Below, in pieces: positions 9,516 to 18,064 of a DNA stretch of 64,000 nt; position 1 is the first letter of the stretch; every line of letters starts with the position of its first letter. The notes beneath the pieces were generated by a model. That model made no database searches. It was not told the DNA's origin and saw nothing but the letters and a program-made list of their open reading frames with translations. Source of the stretch: Dehalococcoidia bacterium (lineage in GTDB: Bacteria > Chloroflexota > Dehalococcoidia > Bin125); assembly GCA_963663235.2 (NCBI GenBank), contig CAXXNO010000004.1, positions 64,001 to 128,000 of the forward strand, given 5' to 3'. The position numbers and the translations under genes were made by a program.

Positions 9516-10694
9516 ATGAGAGACGTTGCGGTCATAGGCGCGGGGATGACCCGCTTCGGCAAGTTTCTGGAACAGAGCATGAAGGAGCTCGGCCAGGAAG
9601 CGGTGCAAGACGCCCTGGACGATTCTGGCTTGCAGAAACAGGACATCGAGGCGGCGATCGTCGGGAACGCCGTGGGCGGCCTGATGACGGGCCAAGAGAT
9701 GGTCCGCGGACAGACCATTCTGCGCCCCTTCGGCTTCGGCGACATCCCCATCATCAATACCGAGAATGCGTGCGCCAGCTCCTCCACCGCCTTCCACCTG
9801 GCCTGGATGTACGTGGCCAGCGGCATGCACGACTGCGTGCTGGCGCTGGGCGTGGAGAAGCTCTACCACGAGGACAAGGCGAAGTCGTTCGCGGCCATCG
9901 GCACGGCGGTGGATCTCGAGATTGAGGGGGAGGGATCCGATGGCGCTGGCGAGACGCGGACCCGCTTCATGGACTTCTACGCCGACAAGGCCAAGGAGCA
10001 CATGGCCAAATACGGCACCAAGGCGCAGCACTTCGCAAAGGTCGCAGTGAAGAACCACGGCAACGGCGCGATCAACCCGTACGCGCAGTTCCGCAAGCCG
10101 TTCACCCTGGAGGATGTCTTGGGGGCGCGCATGGTGGCGGAGCCGCTCACGCTGTACATGTGCTCGGGAATCGGTGACGGGGCGGCCGCGACAATCCTCT
10201 GCTCACCGGAAAAGGCGCGCCAGTTGACCACCGACCCGATCTGGGTGCGCGCCTCGGAGATCACGTCGGGCATGGACCTGCACGAGGGCGACGCGCCGGT
10301 GGCCGAACGGGTCTCCAAGCGCGCGTACGAGCGCGCGGGGATCGGCCCCTCCGATCTGGACGTGGTGGAGCTGCACGACGCCGCCGCGCCAGCCGAGATC
10401 AGCCTGACCGAGGAGTTGGGCCTGTGCGCTTATGGCGAGGGTGGCGCGCTGATCGACTCCGGAGAGACCACCATCGGCGGCCGTATCCCGGTGAACCCCA
10501 GCGGGGGCCTGATGGCCCGCGGCCACCCCATCGGAGCGACCGGGTTGGGACAACTCGTGGAGGTCTGCTGGCAGTTGCAGGGCAAGGCCGGCGATCGGCA
10601 GGTCCGGGACGCAAAGGTTGGACTGACACACAATGCGGGCGGGGAGATCCGGGGCGAAGCCGCCGTCAATACGGTGCACATTCTCAGCCGCTAG
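9516..10694 (+). CDS. Thiolase family protein, SCP2/Ltp-type
   Basis: ENACASSSTA, ELHDA, VNPSGGLMARGHPIGATG. Confidence 0.92.
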   Translation: MRDVAVIGAGMTRFGKFLEQSMKELGQEAVQDALDDSGLQKQDIEAAIVGNAVGGLMTGQEMVRGQTILRPFGFGDIPIINTENACASSSTAFHLAWMYVASGMHDCVLALGVEKLYHEDKAKSFAAIGTAVDLEIEGEGSDGAGETRTRFMDFYADKAKEHMAKYGTKAQHFAKVAVKNHGNGAINPYAQFRKPFTLEDVLGARMVAEPLTLYMCSGIGDGAAATILCSPEKARQLTTDPIWVRASEITSGMDLHEGDAPVAERVSKRAYERAGIGPSDLDVVELHDAAAPAEISLTEELGLCAYGEGGALIDSGETTIGGRIPVNPSGGLMARGHPIGATGLGQLVEVCWQLQGKAGDRQVRDAKVGLTHNAGGEIRGEAAVNTVHILSR

Positions 10695-10713
10695 GGCTCT
10701 GGCGCGGCGCACT

Positions 10714-10747
10714 AGGGCCGGCCCGTCCCCCGGGCCGGCCCTTTCTT
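10714..10747 (+). terminator. Intrinsic terminator candidate after the thiolase
   Basis: AGGGCCGGCCCG-TCCCC-CGGGCCGGCCCT 12-bp stem followed by TTCTT. Confidence 0.6.
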
Positions 10748-10823
10748 ATGCTCCCTGCGCTAGAATCGGGTGCCGCTTCACATCGTCAGGCTGACGAGCG
10801 AGCTCAAGCACGGAGGAACCAGG

Positions 10824-12269
10824 ATGGCGCTGCGAACCCCGGAGGAATACAAGGAAAGTCTGCGTGACGGGCGCCGCTTGTTTATCAGCGGCGAGCGCGT
10901 CGACGACGTCACGACCCATCCCATCCTCCAGATCACAACCGAGCACTCCGCCGGCGTCTACCGCCACCAGTTGGATCCCAAGCTTCAAGACCTCTTCACG
11001 TTCGTGCCGGATGGCGGGAGCGACCGGATCAGCCGTTACTTCATGCTGGCCCGCACTCCAGACGAGCTGCTCCTGCGCGGGGACTTGATTGAGGAGGACA
11101 CGCGCCTACACAACTCCACCTTCAACATCACCAAGGCCGTCGGCAGCGACGCCATGCACGCGCTGACCGTCTGGGCCCACGAGACGGACGCGGACCTCGG
11201 TACCGAGTACGCGCAGCGAGTAGCCACGTGGATCGAGCACTGTCGCCAGAGCGATCTCTCGCTCGCCCTGGCCCAGACGGACGTCAAGGGGGACCGCTCA
11301 CTGCGCCCCCACCAGCAACCGAACCCTGACGCCTATCTGCACATCGTGGAGCAGCGCTCGAACGGCATCGTGGTACGAGGAGCGAAAGCGCACACCACGG
11401 CCGCGCCGGTCGTCAATGAGATCATCTTTCTCCCCACCCGGGCGATGGGCGAAGAAGACGCCGATTACGCGGTGGCCTTCGCGCTGCCGCTCAACACGCC
11501 CGGCCTCACCCTCATCTGCCGCACGACCGGCGATGTCTCTCAGACGACGTTTGACTTCCCGATCAGCCGCCGCAACATCGAGACGGAAACGCTCACAGTG
11601 CTCGACAATGTCTTCGTGCCCTGGGATCGGGTCTTCCTCTGCCGCGAGTGGCGACACGCCGGCCAGCTGGCCACCACCTTCGCGAACTATCACCGCTACA
11701 CGGCGGTCTCCTACAAGCCGCCGTCGGTCGATCTCCTCATCGGGGCGGCGCAGCTCGCAGCCGAATACAACGGGACGGCGCGCGCCGGGCACATCCGGGA
11801 CAAGATCGCGCAGCTGATCATCTACGGTGAGCTCATCAGGGCCTGCCGCAACGCGGCGGCACGGGAGGCCCTGCCCATCGAGCCCGGGATGGTCTCGCCG
11901 AATGGCGTGTATACCAACGCGGGGAAATACCATTTCGCCTCTGGCTTCCATCAGGCCGCCGCGATCGTGCAGGATATCGCTGGGGGCTTGGTGATCACGG
12001 CGCCGATGGAGGCCGATTTCCAGAATCCAGAGACCGGGCCGTACCTGGAGCACTACCTGACGGGCGCCGGCGAGACAACGGCGGCGCAGCGCGTAAACCT
12101 CTTCCACCTGATTCGCGACATGACCGCCTCCGAGTTCGGCGGCTACAACTTCGTCACGACCTTGCATGGCGAGGGCTCGATGGCGGCGCAGCTCCTGACC
12201 ACCTACCGCGGATACGACATCGAGCGATGCACGGAGCTCGTGAAAAATGCGCTCGACACGTCGGCCTGA
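10824..12269 (+). CDS. 4-hydroxyphenylacetate 3-hydroxylase / 4-hydroxybutyryl-CoA dehydratase family flavoprotein (no Fe-S Cys)
   Basis: LRTPEEYKESLRDGR, QTDVKGDRS, GIVVRGAKAHTT, DNVFVPWDRVF, YHR, HGEGS. Confidence 0.85.
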   Translation: MALRTPEEYKESLRDGRRLFISGERVDDVTTHPILQITTEHSAGVYRHQLDPKLQDLFTFVPDGGSDRISRYFMLARTPDELLLRGDLIEEDTRLHNSTFNITKAVGSDAMHALTVWAHETDADLGTEYAQRVATWIEHCRQSDLSLALAQTDVKGDRSLRPHQQPNPDAYLHIVEQRSNGIVVRGAKAHTTAAPVVNEIIFLPTRAMGEEDADYAVAFALPLNTPGLTLICRTTGDVSQTTFDFPISRRNIETETLTVLDNVFVPWDRVFLCREWRHAGQLATTFANYHRYTAVSYKPPSVDLLIGAAQLAAEYNGTARAGHIRDKIAQLIIYGELIRACRNAAAREALPIEPGMVSPNGVYTNAGKYHFASGFHQAAAIVQDIAGGLVITAPMEADFQNPETGPYLEHYLTGAGETTAAQRVNLFHLIRDMTASEFGGYNFVTTLHGEGSMAAQLLTTYRGYDIERCTELVKNALDTSA

Positions 12270-12326
12270 GGGCTGCCTGACGGCAGCGGGCGGACAGCCT
12301 CGATCAACGCGCAAGGAGGCGCAGCG

Positions 12327-13121
12327 GTGGACCTCGGATTAGCCGGCAAAACGGCGATCGTAACGGGCGGCGGCTCCAACATTGGACGGGCGATCGTCCT
12401 CACCATCGCCGCGGAAGGCGCCAACGTGGTCATCGCCGACCTCGATCTGCCCCAGGCGGAGCGCGTTGCCGGAGAGGCGAATGACCGCAAGGCGGGCGGA
12501 CGCACAATCGCCGTGAAGACGGACGTCACCGACGTCGCCTCCGTGGAGGCGATGGTCCAACACGCCCTCCAGGAGTTCGGCCGCATCGACGTGCTCGTGA
12601 ACAACGTGGGTTGGACTCATGACCGCCTGTTCTTGGACAAGCCGCTGGAGGAGTTGGAGAAAGAGATTCAACTCAACCTCTGGGGCGCCATCCACTGCAC
12701 CCGCGCCGTGCTGCCGCTGCTGGCGGAGCAAGGCGCCGGGCGCATCATCAACGTCAGCTCGGACGCCGGACGCATGGGCGAGTATCGAGAATCGGTCTAC
12801 GCAGCCTGCAAGGCAGGACTCATCGCTCTCGCCAAGTCGCTCGCCCGCGAATACGGCAAGTTCGGCGTGACCGTCAACGCCGTGTGCCCCGGCCTGACCG
12901 TGCCCGACGAAGATGCCGAGATGGGCGCCGGCAGCATGTGGCGAGAGATGCAGGGCATCTTCACACCGGGAGCGAAAGAGAAAGCCAGCAAAGCCTATCC
13001 TCTCCGCCGGCTGGGCAGCGCGCAGGACATCGGCAACGCGGTCGCCTTCCTGGCCTCGGACGCCGCCTCGTTCATCACGGGCCAGACGCTCAGCGTCAGC
13101 GGCGGCTACACGATGATGTAG
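12327..13121 (+). CDS. SDR, BadH-like hydroxyacyl-CoA dehydrogenase
   Basis: TGGGSNIG, VNNVGW, SSDAGR, YAACK, TGQTLSVSGGYTM. Confidence 0.85.
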   Translation: MDLGLAGKTAIVTGGGSNIGRAIVLTIAAEGANVVIADLDLPQAERVAGEANDRKAGGRTIAVKTDVTDVASVEAMVQHALQEFGRIDVLVNNVGWTHDRLFLDKPLEELEKEIQLNLWGAIHCTRAVLPLLAEQGAGRIINVSSDAGRMGEYRESVYAACKAGLIALAKSLAREYGKFGVTVNAVCPGLTVPDEDAEMGAGSMWREMQGIFTPGAKEKASKAYPLRRLGSAQDIGNAVAFLASDAASFITGQTLSVSGGYTMM

Positions 13122-13210
13122 ACGGGCCGGAGGCGGGTGGCTCGGCGGAGCCGCGTCCGGCGGCGCTCGGGCCGATCCAGGATTGCGGGGGCACTGGTGC
13201 GGGGGCGCGG

Positions 13211-13729
13211 CTACTCGGCGGTGATGCCGCCCCGGACCACGATCGTGTCCGAAGCACCCGGGACGAGCAAACCGGAGTCGGTGACGCGACCGCCCGCCTC
13301 CGCCTGCTTATCCTGATCGTAGGTCTCCAATAGTTCGAGGTAGCTCATAATCACTTCTGGCAGCCGGCCGGTGCGCTCGATCTCCTCGGCGTAACGGTCC
13401 GTCAGGTCGAACAGCCGCTGCGCGTAGTGGTAGTCCATCTCCGTTGCTGGCCCCTGGATCGCATCGGTGAGCAGCAGGGTGACGAACTGCCGCGGCTTGC
13501 CCAGCAGCTTCTCCCAGCGCTTGCCCAGCAATTCATCCAGCCGCTGGCCGACGTAGAAGCGAGGAGGACGGGCGTATCGCTCCAGATCGAGCATTCCGTC
13601 CACCCGGGGGTAGTACTCGGCGTGCAGCTCACGCAGCCGCGGCGGCGCGCTTTCGTGCGTGTCGGTGTGCCGGAGGTCTTCCTGGACGGGCAGTTGCCCC
13701 AGCATGAGGTGCTGCTGCAGCGTCCCCAC
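13211..13729 (-). CDS. Hypothetical protein downstream of the hydantoinase A gene
   Basis: 172-aa ORF with strong GGAGGAGG RBS before GTG; no motif recognised. Confidence 0.7.
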   Translation of the reverse strand: MGTLQQHLMLGQLPVQEDLRHTDTHESAPPRLRELHAEYYPRVDGMLDLERYARPPRFYVGQRLDELLGKRWEKLLGKPRQFVTLLLTDAIQGPATEMDYHYAQRLFDLTDRYAEEIERTGRLPEVIMSYLELLETYDQDKQAEAGGRVTDSGLLVPGASDTIVVRGGITAE

Positions 13730-13805
13730 GTTGCCCCTCCTCCGCGATGACCACGGGGCTGGTCCAGCGACCGGCCCCGCTCGATGCGCTTGCTACGCGT
13801 GACGG

Positions 13806-15953
13806 CTAGCCGGCCCCGGTCTCGATGATCATGTTACCGTACTCATCGACTTCCAGGCTCGCGTCCGGCGGCAAGATTGTCGTGGACGTTCCCTCTTCCA
13901 CAATCGCCGGCCCTGCGAGACGGTTACCGGGCTTCAAGAGATCCCGTGTATAGATCGTGGTCTCCTGGTCGCCGCCGTCGAAATACACCGCCCGCTTGGT
14001 TCGGACCGCGGCGCTGGAATCGGCGCCGCCTTTCTTCCCTTTCTTGATCTCGGGCTTGGCCACGGAAGCGCTGCCAAACACCCGCGCGTGGACGACTTGC
14101 ACCTCCTGCTCCGGGTCGGCGTGACCGTACTCGCGCTCGTGCTCGCTGTGGAAGCGGTCCGTCGCGGCGTCCAGCACATCGTCCGACACTTCCACTTTGC
14201 CGTGCGGCGCGAGATCGAGCTGGATGGAGATCGTGCCGGCCTCGGCCACACGAATATCGTCCTTAGAGGGGATATCACCGGTCTTCGCAGCCAGATCGCC
14301 CAACGAGACCGCAAGCGAATACACCTGGCCATAATACTGGAGGTCCAGGTAGTACTCCATGGCGACATCCTTGGCGGAGATACCCTGCCGCAAAAACGAC
14401 TTGTAGATCGACTCTCGCAGGTCGTTGAAGGTCTCTTCCAAGTCCTCGTTCCGCAGCGCCCGGCGTCGGCGCAGCACAGTCTTGCTGCGGTCTTGCACCA
14501 TATCGACGGTGAGCAGACCCCAGGCCGAGAGAACCCCCGGCGCCGTCGGCACGATTGCCGTCTTCATCCCCAGCTCGCGGGCCAGGTTGGAGACGTACAT
14601 CGGCCCACCGCCGCCAAGCCCCACCAGGGCGAAGTCGCGCGGGTCGTAACCCTTCTCCACCGTGACGTAGCGGATCGCCTGCATGAGGTTGTTTTCCATG
14701 ATCTTGAGCAGGCCGTCCGCGGCCTCCTCCAGCCCGAGGCTGAGTGGATTCCCGACCGTCTCGGCGATCGCCTTCTCGGCCAGGTCCTTCCGGATTTTCA
14801 TTTCGCCGCCCAGGAATTGATCGGGATCGATGCGGCCGAGGACGACCTGTCCGTCGGTGGATGTCGGTTCGGCGCCGCCGATGTCGTAGCACACCGGGCC
14901 TGGGTCCGCGCCGGCGCTCTGGGGGCCAACGTGGAGGATCCCGCCTTCATCGATCCAGGCGATGGAGCCGCCGCCCGCCCCGATGGACACCACGTCCACG
15001 GACGGGAAGAGAATCGGCATGCCCCACTCAACGACGAGCGGGCTGGTCCAGCGGGTTCGCGATTCGACGATCACCGAGACATCGGCGCTGGTGCCGCCGA
15101 TGTCGATGCCCACCAACTCCGACCGCCCGATCATCTGCGAGAGCCGCTGCAACGCCATGGCGCCGCCGGCCGGCCCGGACCGGGCCATCTTGGCGGGCAC
15201 GCTCTTCGCTTCGTCGAGGGTGGCCACGCCGCCGTTGGACTGCATGACGGAGACGTCTGTCTTGAGCCCGGCGCCCCGCAGCCCCTCGCTCAGACTGTCC
15301 AAGTACGTCTGCACCTTCGGCCCAACATAAGCATTGGCCGCCACGGTGCTGCCGCGCTCGAACTCGCGCATCTCTTGCGTCACTTCCGATGAGGCGGTCA
15401 CGAACGCGTCGGGCAGCGCCGCCTGCACCAAGTCCTTGACGAGCATCTCGTGCTTGGGGTGCTGATAGGAGTGGATGAAACAAATGGCGACCGCCTCGAT
15501 GTCGCGCGCCTTCAGAGTCTCGATAACGTCCTGGACCTGCTCCTCGTCCAGGGGCGTCGCAACCTCGCCGTTCCAGTAGAGGCGCTCCTTGATCTCCAAC
15601 CGGTTGCGCCGCGGGACCAGAGCCGGCGGCGGCGTCCATTGGGCGTCGTAGAGCTCCTTACGGTTCGCCCGGCGGATCTCCAAGGTGTCGCGGAACCCTT
15701 CCGTGGTCAGGAAGGCGGTCTTGGCGCCGTTCCTCTCGATCAGGGTATTGGTCGCCACGGTCGTGCCATGCTCAAGGCTTTCGACATCGGCCAAGTCGAC
15801 GCCAAGCTTCGCGATACCGATGAGGACGCCGTTCGCGGGGTTCGCGGGGGTCGTCGGCACCTTCGTGATCCGGGTCTCGCCACTGTCCTGGTTGTAGAGC
15901 ACGAAGTCGGTAAACGTACCCCCAACGTCGACACCCAGCCGGAATTTCGTCAT
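13806..15953 (-). CDS. Hydantoinase A/oxoprolinase family ATP-dependent subunit (HyuA/ApcC-like)
   Basis: GVDVGGTFTD, HGTTVATN, SGPAGG, DIGGTSAD, GAGGGS, GPQSAGADPGP. Confidence 0.93.
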   Translation of the reverse strand: MTKFRLGVDVGGTFTDFVLYNQDSGETRITKVPTTPANPANGVLIGIAKLGVDLADVESLEHGTTVATNTLIERNGAKTAFLTTEGFRDTLEIRRANRKELYDAQWTPPPALVPRRNRLEIKERLYWNGEVATPLDEEQVQDVIETLKARDIEAVAICFIHSYQHPKHEMLVKDLVQAALPDAFVTASSEVTQEMREFERGSTVAANAYVGPKVQTYLDSLSEGLRGAGLKTDVSVMQSNGGVATLDEAKSVPAKMARSGPAGGAMALQRLSQMIGRSELVGIDIGGTSADVSVIVESRTRWTSPLVVEWGMPILFPSVDVVSIGAGGGSIAWIDEGGILHVGPQSAGADPGPVCYDIGGAEPTSTDGQVVLGRIDPDQFLGGEMKIRKDLAEKAIAETVGNPLSLGLEEAADGLLKIMENNLMQAIRYVTVEKGYDPRDFALVGLGGGGPMYVSNLARELGMKTAIVPTAPGVLSAWGLLTVDMVQDRSKTVLRRRRALRNEDLEETFNDLRESIYKSFLRQGISAKDVAMEYYLDLQYYGQVYSLAVSLGDLAAKTGDIPSKDDIRVAEAGTISIQLDLAPHGKVEVSDDVLDAATDRFHSEHEREYGHADPEQEVQVVHARVFGSASVAKPEIKKGKKGGADSSAAVRTKRAVYFDGGDQETTIYTRDLLKPGNRLAGPAIVEEGTSTTILPPDASLEVDEYGNMIIETGAG

Positions 15954-16245
15954 GGCCCTCGCCGTTCCTTTCGCGCCGTCTCACCCGCATCGCCAAGGCT
16001 GCGGGCCTGCAGTTTGCGTCGTTGCGTTCCCTGGGGGACGCGTCCGAACGCCGTCACGGTGGATTCACTCGGAGTGTTGAGCGGGCGGCGCTGGTGCACC
16101 TCCGCTCCACCCGAGTGCCCCCCTTGATAACGGAAGTCTACTCGCCGGTCTAGCCCCTGGAGTGCTCATTTTCTCCACAGCCACCCGCCCTCGCACCTCC
16201 GGCGCACGGGGTGGATCACACCGGATGCGCCCGCAGCGATCGTGG

Positions 16246-18033
16246 TCAGCGGGCCGCGCGCATCTTCCGGCGCAGCGTCTCGGTCACCTCGGCGTCGACC
16301 TCGTACCGGAGCCGGCGCCGATCGACCTCCTTGACGACCACGCCATATTGTGACTTCGCCGAGCCGATCGTCATGTAATCGTCGCGGATGTCCTCCACGA
16401 TCGACTCTGCCGACCGCTCCAGCGGATCGCCGTAGCCGCCGGCGCCGTTGGACCAAAATGACAGCATTTCGCCCGGTCCCACGGGGACGTTGACGGCGAA
16501 GGTGCCCAGATTGCGCTCGCTCTCCGTCCCGGCGTTGACGAACAGTCGCGACGTCCAGCCGCGCCCGCCCCCGAAGACGCCCGGCGGACCCTCCTTCTCC
16601 CGATTGGTGATGTTGGAGAGGGAGCCGGGCACGCGAGGCTCCACCAGTTGATCCAGGCCACAGCCGCCGCGAGTCCTGCCGGCGCCGCCCGAGTCGTTCA
16701 AGAGCATGTGTCGCCAGAAGAGCACCGGATAGCGGCGTTCTTGAAGCTCGCAGGGGATGTTCGTGGAGGACGCGCCAAACGGCGACGCGAGGTTGTTCGC
16801 CCCATCCTTGTATTTTGTGCCGCCCGTGCCACCAAACGCCCAGATGTAGTTGATGAACGGGGCATCGAAGGTGGGGCGCGTATCGTCGCCGGCGAACGTC
16901 GAATTCACGATCGCCGACGGCACCCCGACCGCCCGTTCCGGCAATGCCTTGCCGACGGCCAGCATGGTGGCCCCAGTCGTAGCGTCCATGCTCGTGATGG
17001 CCAGGCCGGAGATGCCGGAAGGCGGCTGCGCCCAGACAATCGAGCCGCGCGTGGCCTTGATCTCGACCACCCGCATAACCCCGGCGTTCATCGGCATAGG
17101 CGGCAGGATGGCGGCCAGACCGATGAAGATCGCGGAGGTCGTTGCGGCGATCGTGCAGTTGATGCCGGACTCGGCGGCGCCATCGCTCGCAGTCAGATCG
17201 AAGATGGCGTGGTCGCCTTCGATATGCAGCGTGAGGCGGATCGTCTTCTTTTCCCCGGTGTGCACGTCCTGGTCGACGCTATCTTCGGATTCGTAGCGGC
17301 CGTCCGGCAGGCTGGCAAAAGCTGCACGCGCCATCCGCTCCGAGTAGGTCTGTATCTCGGCCATCGCGGTCAGCACGGCCTCCACACCGTGCTTGGCGAT
17401 GACGACACGGATCCGCTCCTCGCCAGCGCTGACGGCTGCCACCTGAGCGTGCAGGTCTCCCAGTCGCTCCCATGACTGACGCATGTTCGCCAGCAAGATC
17501 GCGACGATGTCGTTGTTCATCACACCCCGCTTATAGAGCGTGAGCGCCGGAATCCGCACCCCTTCCTCAAAGTGCGTGCGGGCCGCGCAGTTCAGTGACC
17601 CGGCCACCACCCCACCCACATCCGACCAGTGTGCGGTGGACGAGGTGAACGCCACCAGCCGCCCCTCGTGAAATATCGGTTTGACGAAGTGGATGTCGTT
17701 GCAGTGGGTGCTGGCCACGTAGGGATCGTTGATCATGTAGATGTCGCCGGGCTCCATGTTCTCCAGCCCGATGGCGCGCACCACCTCCGGCACAGTGAGC
17801 AGGGTGAGCCCCACGAAGGCGGGGAGATCAAACTCTCCCTGGGTGACGAGCTGGCCCCCGGCGTCGTAGAGTCCGCCCGCAAAGTCATGGCCCTCGTTGA
17901 CCGGAGTCGAGTAGGCGGTCTTCGCCACGACCAGCGCCATCTCGTTGCAGATCGCGGTGAACGCGCTGCGCAACACCTCGAAGGTGATGGGGTCAAGCGC
18001 AGCGCTGGGCTGTCCGCTGGCGCCGTTGCTCAT
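16246..18033 (-). CDS. Hydantoinase B/oxoprolinase family subunit (second copy)
   Basis: DPITFEV, NDPY..THCND, AHWSDVGG, EEG, DSGGAG..RGG, GAGGYGDP. Confidence 0.93.
   Translation of the reverse strand: MSNGASGQPSAALDPITFEVLRSAFTAICNEMALVVAKTAYSTPVNEGHDFAGGLYDAGGQLVTQGEFDLPAFVGLTLLTVPEVVRAIGLENMEPGDIYMINDPYVASTHCNDIHFVKPIFHEGRLVAFTSSTAHWSDVGGVVAGSLNCAARTHFEEGVRIPALTLYKRGVMNNDIVAILLANMRQSWERLGDLHAQVAAVSAGEERIRVVIAKHGVEAVLTAMAEIQTYSERMARAAFASLPDGRYESEDSVDQDVHTGEKKTIRLTLHIEGDHAIFDLTASDGAAESGINCTIAATTSAIFIGLAAILPPMPMNAGVMRVVEIKATRGSIVWAQPPSGISGLAITSMDATTGATMLAVGKALPERAVGVPSAIVNSTFAGDDTRPTFDAPFINYIWAFGGTGGTKYKDGANNLASPFGASSTNIPCELQERRYPVLFWRHMLLNDSGGAGRTRGGCGLDQLVEPRVPGSLSNITNREKEGPPGVFGGGRGWTSRLFVNAGTESERNLGTFAVNVPVGPGEMLSFWSNGAGGYGDPLERSAESIVEDIRDDYMTIGSAKSQYGVVVKEVDRRRLRYEVDAEVTETLRRKMRAAR
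17717..17775. repeat. 59-bp perfect direct repeat, second copy at 19548-19606, shared by the two hydantoinase B paralogs
   Basis: ACGTAGGGATCGTTGATCATGTAGATGTCGCCGGGCTCCATGTTCTCCAGCCCGATGGC occurs at both positions. Confidence 0.85.
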
Positions 18034-18064
18034 GGCGATCATCCTTCCGTCAACGCTGTGTCGC

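Noticed and set aside
10824-12269. AbfD as a marker of autotrophic 4-hydroxybutyrate cycles
   Set aside because: Fe-S cysteines are absent and the context is catabolic
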